From an uncultured Candidatus Saccharibacteria bacterium (lineage in GTDB: Bacteria; Patescibacteriota; Saccharimonadia; Saccharimonadales; UBA4665), in contig CAYRQK010000001.1 of NCBI GenBank assembly GCA_964426605.1, positions 16,419 through 80,418 on the forward strand: DNA of 64,000 bases. The letters run 5' to 3'. Positions 54,525 through 62,534 of the stretch are shown in pieces (the stretch's first letter is position 1; each line of letters begins with the position of its first letter). Both the position numbers and the translations under genes were made by a program. The notes below the pieces were generated by a model. That model did not search any database. It saw nothing but the letters and a program-made list of their open reading frames with translations, and had not been told where the DNA came from.

Positions 54525-56039
54525 ATGATTGCTGTCGCTATTATCCTGGCATTGCTAGGTGTTGGTGCTGGTTATGGCACGAACACGGTTATATCAAAAA
54601 AGAAACTCGGATCGGCCGAGGCTGAGGCCGATAAGGAGCGTGCTAAGGCCAAGAGAGAGACCGAAAAGATACTGAGCGAGGCCCGTGAGGCCGCTGCCAA
54701 AGTGGCTGATGAGGCTCGCAAAGATGAGCAGAGTCGTCGCCGCGAACTCAAAGATCTTGAGACGCGCCTGGTGCAGCGCGAGGGTGCGCTCGATAAGAAA
54801 CTCGACGAGCTCGATAAGCGCAACGAGCGCCTTCGCAAGGGCGAAGACGAGGTCGAGGCCCTCAAGAATGAGATTCGCGATATTCGCGTTAAGCAGCAAG
54901 AAAAGCTCGAAAAGGTCGCTAAGCTGAGCAAAGCAGATGCCGCCGAAAAGCTGATGCAAATGACCGAGCGTGATATTCGGGGTGATCTCACCGGTCTGGT
55001 TGCCAAATTGCAAAATGAGGCCAAGGAAAATGCCGAGGAGCTGGCCGGCGCAGTCATTGTACAGGCTATGGAGCGGATGGCGAGCGAGGTAACTGCTGAG
55101 CGAACCATTGCCAGCGTCAAACTCGAGGACGAAGACATGAAGGGCCGTATCATTGGCAAAGAGGGTCGCAATATTCAGGCGCTCCAACGCGCCACTGGCG
55201 TAGACATCATGGTTGATGATACACCTGGTTACGTTGTACTCAGTAGCTTTGATCCGGTTCGCCGCGAAGTTGCCCGCCAGGCGCTCGAGCTGCTTCTCAA
55301 GGACGGTCGCGTGCACCCCGGTCGTATCGAGGAAGTTGTTGCCAAGGCCCAGAAGAATGTTGAGAAAGACGTTGTTCGTGCCGGCGAAGACGCTGCTCGT
55401 GAGGTCGGTGTCATCGGTATTCCTAAGGAAATTTTACATCTGCTCGGCGAACTCAAATACCGCACCAGCTACGGCCAAAACGTGCTCAAGCACTCTACCG
55501 AGATGGCACACATGGCTGGCATGATGGCCGAAGAACTCGGCGCCAACGTCAAAACCACCAGATATGCCGCACTGGTCCACGACTTGGGCAAGGCCTTGAC
55601 GCACAAAATGGAGGGCAAGCACCACCATATCTCAGGCGAAATGCTGCGCAAGTATGGCGCACCCGAAGAGGTTGCCTTGGCCGCCGAACAACACCACGAC
55701 GATGTCGAGGCTACCTCCACCGAGGCTCTCATTGTGCGTGTAGTTGACGCCATCAGCGCGTCTCGACCAGGTGCTCGCAATATCTCTGCCGAGAACTTCA
55801 TCGAACGCATGAAAGAACTCGAGAATGTGGCCAACGGTTTTAGTGGTATCGAGAAGAGCTACGCTATCAGTGCTGGTCGTGAGATCCGTGTATTCGTCAA
55901 ACCACAGGCGATTGACGATCTGAGCGCTATCAAGCTGGCCCGTGATATTGCGACCAAGATCGAAGCCAGCATGCAGTACCCCGGCACTATCAAAGTCAAC
56001 GTTATCCGCGAAACCCGCGCCATTGAGTTCGCCAAATAG
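54525..56039 (+). CDS. rny: ribonuclease Y
   Basis: The ATG at 54525 follows AAGGAAA. Architecture: N-terminal TM helix, charged coiled coil, KH domain (GRIIGKEGRNIQAL) and HD domain (ALVHDLGKAL). Confidence 0.96.
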   Translation: MIAVAIILALLGVGAGYGTNTVISKKKLGSAEAEADKERAKAKRETEKILSEAREAAAKVADEARKDEQSRRRELKDLETRLVQREGALDKKLDELDKRNERLRKGEDEVEALKNEIRDIRVKQQEKLEKVAKLSKADAAEKLMQMTERDIRGDLTGLVAKLQNEAKENAEELAGAVIVQAMERMASEVTAERTIASVKLEDEDMKGRIIGKEGRNIQALQRATGVDIMVDDTPGYVVLSSFDPVRREVARQALELLLKDGRVHPGRIEEVVAKAQKNVEKDVVRAGEDAAREVGVIGIPKEILHLLGELKYRTSYGQNVLKHSTEMAHMAGMMAEELGANVKTTRYAALVHDLGKALTHKMEGKHHHISGEMLRKYGAPEEVALAAEQHHDDVEATSTEALIVRVVDAISASRPGARNISAENFIERMKELENVANGFSGIEKSYAISAGREIRVFVKPQAIDDLSAIKLARDIATKIEASMQYPGTIKVNVIRETRAIEFAK

Positions 56040-56077
56040 TCAATCATTTGCTACTATGCGCTTGATAAGGAGCCGAT

Positions 56078-56662
56078 ATGGCCGAGTATATGCCAAAGCA
56101 CCAGGGTGGCAAAGAGTCTGTCCAGGACTCGCTCCTTGAGCTGAGGAAATCTGTTGGTAGGCTCCTGGCTCGAGCGGGTGTGCTGGGCATGGCAAAGGCC
56201 GACATGTATTTTAGCAGTGATATGGCCGATGGTTCACGCTTGCGGCTTGCAGGTGGGCCGATACGGTTACGGATTGGTGATGACATTGGCCGATTCTTGC
56301 GCCTTACTGAGAACAGGATCTACGAAGGACACCCGGATTCCCGCCAAGATGGTTATGTGCTGGTCAGCGAGCATATTATTGGTCGGGGCGGTGTGAGCAC
56401 GCAGCCGGCAATTGTGTCGCTCGACAGCGAGGGAGTGTTCGACCATCGGTCACCCAATTTGCCGCCGATCATTTGGGAAAGTGCTCAAGACGGTGGTCCG
56501 CACCTTTTTCGAGGTAACCAGCTCTATACCTTGCCCCAGACCGCCATTGGAAGTAGTGCGGAGGGCTTGATGGCCCAGCAATGGGTGAGTAATTCGCTGT
56601 GCAACACGCTGAATCGTTTAACTCCGGGCTGTCACGACGCCATGTATCCACCAACGAACTAA
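56078..56662 (+). CDS. hypothetical protein
   Basis: 194 aa with no recognisable domain. It lies between rny and the CYTH gene. Confidence 0.45.
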   Translation: MAEYMPKHQGGKESVQDSLLELRKSVGRLLARAGVLGMAKADMYFSSDMADGSRLRLAGGPIRLRIGDDIGRFLRLTENRIYEGHPDSRQDGYVLVSEHIIGRGGVSTQPAIVSLDSEGVFDHRSPNLPPIIWESAQDGGPHLFRGNQLYTLPQTAIGSSAEGLMAQQWVSNSLCNTLNRLTPGCHDAMYPPTN

Positions 56663-56716
56663 CAGAAGTTATCACACCCGGTTGGCGTAAATCTACGCGG
56701 ATGAGATACTGTAGCC

Positions 56717-57307
56717 ATGCAACAAGAAGTCGAAGTAAAATTTTTGGATGTCGATCACGACGATATGCGTCGCAAGCTCACGGAGCTTGGTGCGCAGCTG
56801 GAGCATCCAAATCGGCTGATGCACCGCAGCATGTTGGACTTTCCCGATCATCGGCTCGAAAAGCAACACGCCCGTTTGCGAGTCCGTGATGAAGGCAATG
56901 CGCTGACGGTCACGTTCAAGTCACCAAGCGCTACCCGGTATTCCAATGAGATCGAAACGACCGTTGGCTCGTATGATACGACAGTACAGCTATTTGAGGC
57001 TATCGGGTTACATGTTTACGCGACCCAAGAATCCAGGCGCGAAACTTGGCATTACAAAGGTATCGAAGTGGTACTGGACGAGTGGCCGTGGCTTCGGCCA
57101 TACATTGAGATTGAGGGGCTGGACGAAACGGCAATCAAACGTGTGGCCAATGAACTCGGCTTTGCATGGGAACATGCCGCCTATGGCAGCGTGGATACGG
57201 TGTACCGGCACCAGTACCCCGGCATGACCAACGACGAGAGTATCGGAGCGGTTGCGGAGTTATCGTTTGCCGGTGAGCTACCTGGCTGGCTAAAGGATCG
57301 GATGTAG
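56717..57307 (+). CDS. CYTH domain protein (CyaB-like class IV adenylyl cyclase / triphosphatase)
   Basis: N-terminal ExExK signature (QQEVEVKFL). Size and charged beta-strand pattern are typical of CYTH. Confidence 0.75.
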   Translation: MQQEVEVKFLDVDHDDMRRKLTELGAQLEHPNRLMHRSMLDFPDHRLEKQHARLRVRDEGNALTVTFKSPSATRYSNEIETTVGSYDTTVQLFEAIGLHVYATQESRRETWHYKGIEVVLDEWPWLRPYIEIEGLDETAIKRVANELGFAWEHAAYGSVDTVYRHQYPGMTNDESIGAVAELSFAGELPGWLKDRM

Positions 57308-57308
57308 C

Positions 57309-58106
57309 ATGAATATCTTATATATTGGCGATATTATGGGCGAGGCTGGCATCGGGGTTGTCGAGAGAATTTTGCCTTCGTTGCGACGAGAAAAAGGTAT
57401 CGATATGGTTATTGCACAGGCCGAGAATGTCAGTGAGGGCAAGGGGATGACCGTTGCCGATTACCAGCGTCTGCGCAAAACTGGCGTGGATGGCTTCAGT
57501 GGCGGTAATCATACTTTTGCTCGTGCCGAACTGCTGTCGCTACTCGCTGACCCATCTGCCCCCGTGACTGCTCCGGCCAACATGCCAGAATGCCCTGAGC
57601 CTGGCTACAAGTACGTGGGCGAAGGGGATAGACGGGTACTCATCGTTAGCCTGCTGGGTCAAATTGTTGGCAAAGACGCCGCCAAACCAGTTGCCAATCC
57701 GCTCGATACCATCGATGCTATTTTGGCTCGTGAAAAGTCTATTAACAGATCAGCAACCATCATAAATTTTCACGGAGACTATAGTAGCGAGAAGGTTGTT
57801 ATCGGCCACTATCTGGATGGCCGGGTGACGGCAGTGATTGGCGATCATTGGCATATTCCCACAGCGGATGCTCGGGTGCTGCCGGGCGGCACGGCCCACC
57901 AAACTGATGTGGGCATGTGCGGCGCACTCGATTCGAGCCTAGGCGTAGAGTACGACAGCATTATTACTCGCTGGAAAACCGGCAAGCCTAGCCGCAATAT
58001 CATGGCCACCGCACCACCATATCAGTTCAATGCGTTGCTGGTGACTGTAAATGGCCACGGCTTGGCCGAATCAGTCGAATCAATCCGAAAAATTCTCAAA
58101 GACTAG
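57309..58106 (+). CDS. ymdB: YmdB-like metallophosphoesterase (2',3'-cyclic-nucleotide phosphodiesterase family)
   Basis: MNILYIGDIMGEAG...VIAQAENVSEGKG. The rny-ymdB linkage is as in Firmicutes. Confidence 0.88.
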   Translation: MNILYIGDIMGEAGIGVVERILPSLRREKGIDMVIAQAENVSEGKGMTVADYQRLRKTGVDGFSGGNHTFARAELLSLLADPSAPVTAPANMPECPEPGYKYVGEGDRRVLIVSLLGQIVGKDAAKPVANPLDTIDAILAREKSINRSATIINFHGDYSSEKVVIGHYLDGRVTAVIGDHWHIPTADARVLPGGTAHQTDVGMCGALDSSLGVEYDSIITRWKTGKPSRNIMATAPPYQFNALLVTVNGHGLAESVESIRKILKD

Positions 58107-58126
58107 TAATACCACGCAATCTCTAG

Positions 58127-58280
58127 TATCTCTTCAAGATATCGGGCGGTACTCGAAAAATCAAAGCAGGCTTTGCTTTTTCTCCGTTCCTACGCATCTC
58201 TTCGAGATAACCTACGATACTCGTTAAAGCCAAGTAAAACTTTGCTTTAAGTCCGTTTCTCGGTTATAATCACCCCTGTT
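58127..58280 (+). promoter_or_regulatory. two tandem ~68-nt promoter modules upstream of tRNA-Pro(TGG)
   Basis: Module 1 (58127-58194) runs from TATCTCTTCAAGATA through GGTACTCGA and CAAAGCAGGCTTTGCTTT to CTCCGTTCCTACG. Module 2 (58195-58280) runs from CATCTCTTCGAGATA to TTGCTT(58242-58247)-17 nt-TATAAT(58265-58270)-CACCCCTGTT. Confidence 0.65.
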
Positions 58281-58307
58281 GTGCTTTCTGTGGTTAATAT
58301 GGCTACA

Positions 58308-58384
58308 GGGAAAAGAGCAGCTTGGGCAAAAAGTCGCACCTTTTTGCCGGCGCGATGAGAAAAACCGTCGGTTTGGCTCATTAG
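58308..58384 (+). repeat. two-hairpin repeat element, copy 2 (abutting the tRNA-Pro 5' end)
   Basis: GGGAAAAGAGCAGC, then a GGCAAAAA...TTTTTGCC hairpin, then GCGATGAGAAAAACCGTCGGTTTGGCTCATTAG. Confidence 0.6.
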
Positions 58385-58498
<114 letters not shown>

Positions 58499-58531
58499 AC
58501 CGATCAGAGACTTTGCAAGGCAAAGTATCGT

Positions 58532-58629
58532 AGGTCGTCGCAGGTTCGTAAGGGGTGAAGCGCGCAGAAGCTCGGGCTTCGAGCACTGGAGCGGCGGCAT
58601 AGCCAGGCGTCATCCTGTCTCCCCGTCGA
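58532..58629 (+). other. split remnant of a tRNA-Pro 3' half
   Basis: AGGTCGtcGCAGGTTCGtAA (58532-58551) and ATCCTGTCTCCCCGtCGA (58612-58629) match the tRNA-Pro(TGG) variable/T-arm/acceptor 3' region. About 60 nt separate the two pieces, inserted at the T-loop position. Confidence 0.55.
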
Positions 58630-58673
58630 CTAGTCTGTGTTATATTGATGATAACTACCACGAGGAATTCTAT

Positions 58674-59330
58674 ATGGCTATCAAGATTACACGCGATAAA
58701 CGAACCGCATCGGGCACCACTCGGCTATTCGTGGCATGTATTGTGGGTGTTGTCGCGCTGGTTGCGACTGGCAATTGGTTGGCGTGGTACGTAGCACCAC
58801 TGATTGGCTGGGACGTGGCTGCGTTGATGTATCTTGCTTGGATGTGGTTGACCATTCGGGGGCTCGGTGCCCACGAAACCAGTGACTTTGCACTTCGCGA
58901 AGACCCGTCTCGTGGTGTGGCGGATTTTGTGTTGACGTTCGCCAGTCTGGCGAGCCTCGGTGCGGTTGGCACGGTATTGCTCAATTCTGGCAATACAACT
59001 ACGGCGAGTCACCTGGGCCAAGTCGGCCTGGGTGTATTTAGCGTGGTGCTATCCTGGGCGCTGGTGCATACCATATTCATGCTGCGTTATGCCGAGCTGT
59101 ACTACCGCGATCCAAAAGCTGCTGTTGATTTTCCAGGCACCACCGAGCCAACATTCCGGGATTTTGGCTACCTGGCATTTACGATTGGCATGACATTCCA
59201 GACGTCCGATACGGGCTTCCAGTCGACTGAGGCACGAGCTTTGGCAGTGCGGCATGCGTTGCTGTCGTACATCTTTGGTACTGTCATTGTGGCGACTACT
59301 ATCAACCTAGTAGCTGGCCTGAGCAAGTAA
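58674..59330 (+). CDS. DUF1345-family membrane protein
   Basis: 218 aa with 5-6 TM helices. RYAELYY...DFPG...PTFRDFGYLAFTIGMTFQTSD matches my recollection of the DUF1345 signature. A GAGGAA SD lies upstream. Confidence 0.6.
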   Translation: MAIKITRDKRTASGTTRLFVACIVGVVALVATGNWLAWYVAPLIGWDVAALMYLAWMWLTIRGLGAHETSDFALREDPSRGVADFVLTFASLASLGAVGTVLLNSGNTTTASHLGQVGLGVFSVVLSWALVHTIFMLRYAELYYRDPKAAVDFPGTTEPTFRDFGYLAFTIGMTFQTSDTGFQSTEARALAVRHALLSYIFGTVIVATTINLVAGLSK

Positions 59331-59381
59331 CCTGCACATACCTTTGATATGTCTAGTGGTGCTAGTAGTGCCGAATAGTTT

Positions 59382-59420
59382 TTGCTTTACTCCTACTCCT
59401 CGGCTATAATCACCTCTGTT
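59382..59420 (+). promoter_or_regulatory. promoter of tRNA-Pro(CGG)
   Basis: TTGCTT (59382-59387), 17 nt, TATAAT (59405-59410), then CACCTCTGTT. Confidence 0.65.
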
Positions 59421-59452
59421 CTAGGGTAAGGAAATCGTTTCTTTCTCATAAT

Positions 59453-59529
59453 CGGGGTGTGGCGCAGCTTGGTAGCGCGCGTCGTTCGGGACGACGAGGT
59501 CGCTGGTTCAAATCCAGTCACCCCGACCA
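59453..59529 (+). tRNA. tRNA-Pro (CGG)
   Basis: CGGGGTGTGGCGCAGCTTGGTAGCGCGCGTCGTTCGGGACGACGAGGTCGCTGGTTCAAATCCAGTCACCCCGACCA. Anticodon loop is TTCGGGA. Confidence 0.95.
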
Positions 59530-59566
59530 ATGAAATACCACCAGGTATCCTTGGTGGTATTTCATT
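59530..59566 (+). terminator. intrinsic terminator after tRNA-Pro(CGG)
   Basis: 15-bp stem (A)ATGAAATACCACCA / TGGTGGTATTTCATT with an 8-nt loop. Confidence 0.75.
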
Positions 59567-59693
59567 ATCTGAATTTGTACGGTTCTCGCTGTGCACTCTT
59601 TGCTGTGGCACTATGCTATTTGTGTGCTGCCCTGGAGTTGTAGACGATACTACTGTACTCGGTTTGCGCTAGTGGGTTTACAATACGTGCAGT

Positions 59694-60320
59694 ATGGTTG
59701 TACTTGCCCTCACCAGCCTGGCCGTGTTTATTATGTTGCTGCTGAACGAGTGGTGGTGGCGTGGTCGCGTGCACGGTGAGATTAGTCGCAAGTTCGTGCA
59801 CATCAGTGTTGGTACGTTTGTGGCAGTGTGGCCACTGTACCTTAGCTGGGACCAGATCCGTGTGCTGAGTTTATTATTTGTGTTAGCGGTGCTAGTCAGC
59901 CAACGATTTAATATATTCAAGACGATCCACAGCGTCCAACGGCCTACGTACGGCGAGGTGTATTACGGCGCGGCAGTGGGGCTCCTGACCTACGTGGCAC
60001 ATCAACCCGCTATGTATGCTATTGCGCTGATGCACATGAGTCTAGCGGATGGCCTGGCGGCCATTGTGGGGGTCAAATATGGTAGCAGTAGTACGTTTAC
60101 GGTATTTGGGGCTAAGAAATCGATCGTTGGCAGCTTGGCGTTTCTCGTCACATCACTTGTGTTACTTGCGTGCTATGGCGCGGTAGAGAACATCGGTTTC
60201 CCGATCTATTTCGTGGGTATCAGTCTCGGCATGACGGTACTTGAGGGTCTTGCCGTGCGGGGCCTGGATAATATTGTCATCCCGCTTGCGTTGGTGGCAA
60301 CGCTGCGATTACTGGGCTAG
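59694..60320 (+). CDS. polyprenol/dolichol/phytol kinase-like membrane protein (CTP-dependent kinase, CTP_transf_1 superfamily)
   Basis: SRKFVHISVGTF near the N-terminus, and SLADGLAAIVGVKYG...KKSIVGSLAF. TACAAT lies 9 nt upstream of the ATG. Confidence 0.65.
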   Translation: MVVLALTSLAVFIMLLLNEWWWRGRVHGEISRKFVHISVGTFVAVWPLYLSWDQIRVLSLLFVLAVLVSQRFNIFKTIHSVQRPTYGEVYYGAAVGLLTYVAHQPAMYAIALMHMSLADGLAAIVGVKYGSSSTFTVFGAKKSIVGSLAFLVTSLVLLACYGAVENIGFPIYFVGISLGMTVLEGLAVRGLDNIVIPLALVATLRLLG

Positions 60321-60323
60321 GGC

Positions 60324-62195
60324 CTACTCCATGACTTTGATGCGGTGGGCACGCAGGGCGTTGAAGATCACCACGACATCAACAACCTCTTGCAGTATAG
60401 CGCCGAGTACCGGTGAGAACTTGCCGGTGGCGAATAAGCCCATGAGTATGAGGCTGATACCAATACCAATGATGATACTTTGCATGGCTATATTAAAAGC
60501 GCGTTGAGCAGTTGCAACTGCTCGGGCCACGTACATCAGGTCATCTTGCATGATGACGACATCGGCTGATTCGCTGGCCGCGGTGCTGCCGCTGGCGCCA
60601 AGAGCGATACCGATGTCGGCTGTGGTGAGTACTGGTGCATCGTTGACACCATCACCTACGAATGCCACTGGTAGATCCTCGATCTTTTCGATGGCACGGA
60701 CTTTATCGGCTGGCGTAGAGTTGGCCTCAAACTGCTTGATGCCTAGAGTCTTGGCAATAACTTTCGCAACGACCTCGTTGTCGCCAGTCAGCATGAGGAA
60801 ATTCTTGATACCGAGCGTGCGGAGTTTGTCGAGAGTCTTTTTAGATTCGGGTCGCAGCTCGTCCTCGAACGTGATGATGCCCGCCAGTTGTCCGCCGATG
60901 GCAACGTAGGCGGCGGTTTGCTTGAAGGTTTCGGTCTTAAATGTGCGGGGCAGAGATACATCGTGCGAGTTTAGAAAATCGAGCCGACCCACCAGGATAT
61001 CTCGGCCCTTCGCATGGGCGCTCAGGCCATGTCCGGCTGACTCGCTGACGTGCTTGGCTTTAGCAAAACTAACCTTTTGCTGCTCAGCCGCAGTCACGAC
61101 GGCACGCGCCAAAACGTGGTTGGAACTTTGCTCCAGGCTGGCCGCGGCAGACAAGACTTCCTCTGACTTGAACGAACCAAAGGCAGTCACGCCGCTGACG
61201 ACAGGGCGGCCCACGGTAAGGGTACCTGTTTTATCGAAGGCCATGGTTTTGACGTTGGCGAGGCGCTCGAGTGCCGAACCTGTTTTGATAATAATGCCGT
61301 ACTTGCTGGCCCGGCTCATCCCCGAGATGAGGGCGATAGGTGCTGCCAATAGCAGCGGGCAGGGAGTCGCAACGATGATGACTTCCAGGAATCGCAAAGC
61401 GCTGCCAGTCAGGAACCATACGGTCCCGGCGATAGCGAATGCTGCAATGCTGAAGGGAATGCTAAATCGGTCAGCTAGGCGCACAAATGGTGCCGGGCTA
61501 TTTTGAGCATTGCGTACTAACTTAATGATCTGTTGGTATTGACTGTCTTTGGCAGAGTGCAGTGCTCGCACGGTGACTACCCCATCGAGATTAATAGAGC
61601 CACTCAATATCTGTGCACCCTCGTTTCTTACCTGCGGCAGCGGTTCGCCAGTCAAACTCGATTCGTTAAAACTTGCTGACCCATCGATAATCGTAGCGTC
61701 GACCGGTACGATTTCGCCGGGTTTAATAACCAGCTTGTCACCACTACTCACCGAGCTCACTTTGACCTCGACGGTTTTTGCACCCTTGAGTACGTGCGCA
61801 ACTATTGGCGCGCGCTTGAGCAGTGCATGTAGCTCGCTACGAGCACGATGCTCGGCATAATCTTCGAGTGATTCACCACCAGTCAGCATGATAACGACAA
61901 TGATTGCCGCCCAATATTCGTGCAGCAGTACTGCCGAAATAATGGCCGTCAACGCCAAGATGTCCAGTCCGTATTGGCCGTGGCGAAAATCTTGCCACAT
62001 ACCGCTCACCAGCGGAATTATAGAGATAAAAGAGGCTAGACCCAGTACCCAATGCGCCGCCGTATGCAATTTTGCCAGATAGAGGATTATTGCAACGAGC
62101 GTTGCCGCAATTGCAAAACTGAATTGTTTATAGTGCCTTAAAAAGCCAAATATTTTTTTCATCATGCCCCTCGAGTTTGGTAATCTAACTTGCAT
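60324..62195 (-). CDS. heavy-metal P1B-type ATPase without N-terminal metal-binding domain; the TM metal motif is TPCP
   Basis: TGEPLP, DKTGTLT and GDGVNDAP motifs. The transmembrane motif is VATPCPLLLAAP rather than CPC. An alternative start (MMKKIF) lies at 62165. Confidence 0.9.
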   Translation of the reverse strand: MQVRLPNSRGMMKKIFGFLRHYKQFSFAIAATLVAIILYLAKLHTAAHWVLGLASFISIIPLVSGMWQDFRHGQYGLDILALTAIISAVLLHEYWAAIIVVIMLTGGESLEDYAEHRARSELHALLKRAPIVAHVLKGAKTVEVKVSSVSSGDKLVIKPGEIVPVDATIIDGSASFNESSLTGEPLPQVRNEGAQILSGSINLDGVVTVRALHSAKDSQYQQIIKLVRNAQNSPAPFVRLADRFSIPFSIAAFAIAGTVWFLTGSALRFLEVIIVATPCPLLLAAPIALISGMSRASKYGIIIKTGSALERLANVKTMAFDKTGTLTVGRPVVSGVTAFGSFKSEEVLSAAASLEQSSNHVLARAVVTAAEQQKVSFAKAKHVSESAGHGLSAHAKGRDILVGRLDFLNSHDVSLPRTFKTETFKQTAAYVAIGGQLAGIITFEDELRPESKKTLDKLRTLGIKNFLMLTGDNEVVAKVIAKTLGIKQFEANSTPADKVRAIEKIEDLPVAFVGDGVNDAPVLTTADIGIALGASGSTAASESADVVIMQDDLMYVARAVATAQRAFNIAMQSIIIGIGISLILMGLFATGKFSPVLGAILQEVVDVVVIFNALRAHRIKVME

Positions 62196-62229
62196 TAGTA
62201 TAACAGGGTGATCTTTTGGCTGAAACCGG

Positions 62230-62269
62230 CCCCAAATAAAAAGCCCGGTTGATTACCGGACTCTTTATT
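62230..62269 (-). terminator. hairpin/terminator after tRNA-His
   Basis: CCCCAAATAAA...TTTATTTGGGG outer arms with an inner CCGG/CCGG stem. It partly overlaps the tRNA 3' end. Confidence 0.5.
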
Positions 62270-62346
62270 TGGGGCGAAAGACGGGACTTGAACCCGCGAC
62301 AACCTGGACCACAACCAGGGGCTCTACCAACTGAGCTACTTCCGCC
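62270..62346 (-). tRNA. tRNA-His (GTG) with encoded G-1
   Basis: The reverse complement is G-GCGGAAGTAGCTCAGTTGGTAGAGCCCCTGGTTGTGGTCCAGGTTGTCGCGGGTTCAAGTCCCGTCTTTCGCCCCA. The anticodon loop is TTGTGGT. The extra 5' G lies opposite discriminator C. Confidence 0.93.
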
Positions 62347-62371
62347 TCGTCGATAGCTGCAAAGCTGCAGC

Positions 62372-62524
62372 AACAGGGGTGATTATAGCGTAGGAACGGA
62401 GAAAAAGCAAAGCCTGCTTTGATTTTTCGAGTACCGCCCGATATCTCGAAGAGATCCGTAAGAACGGAGATAATGTAAAGTACACTTTGCATTGTTGAGT
62501 ACTGCTGGCTATCTCGAAGAGATA
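62372..62524 (-). promoter_or_regulatory. two tandem ~68-nt promoter modules upstream of tRNA-His
   Basis: The proximal module (62389-62456 on the minus strand) matches module 1 at 58127-58194 with about one mismatch. It is followed by TATAAT (62387..62382) and CACCCCTGTT. The distal module (62457-62524) carries the palindrome TATCTCTTCGAGATA. Confidence 0.65.
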
Positions 62525-62534
62525 CAGATATGCC

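Noticed and set aside
58127-58280. Whether the tandem repeats near the tRNA genes (also at 62372-62524) are a small CRISPR array.
   Set aside because: The units are about 68 nt, directly abutting and imperfect, with no unique spacers between them. They end in a -35/-10 promoter driving a tRNA. No cas genes are present in the window.
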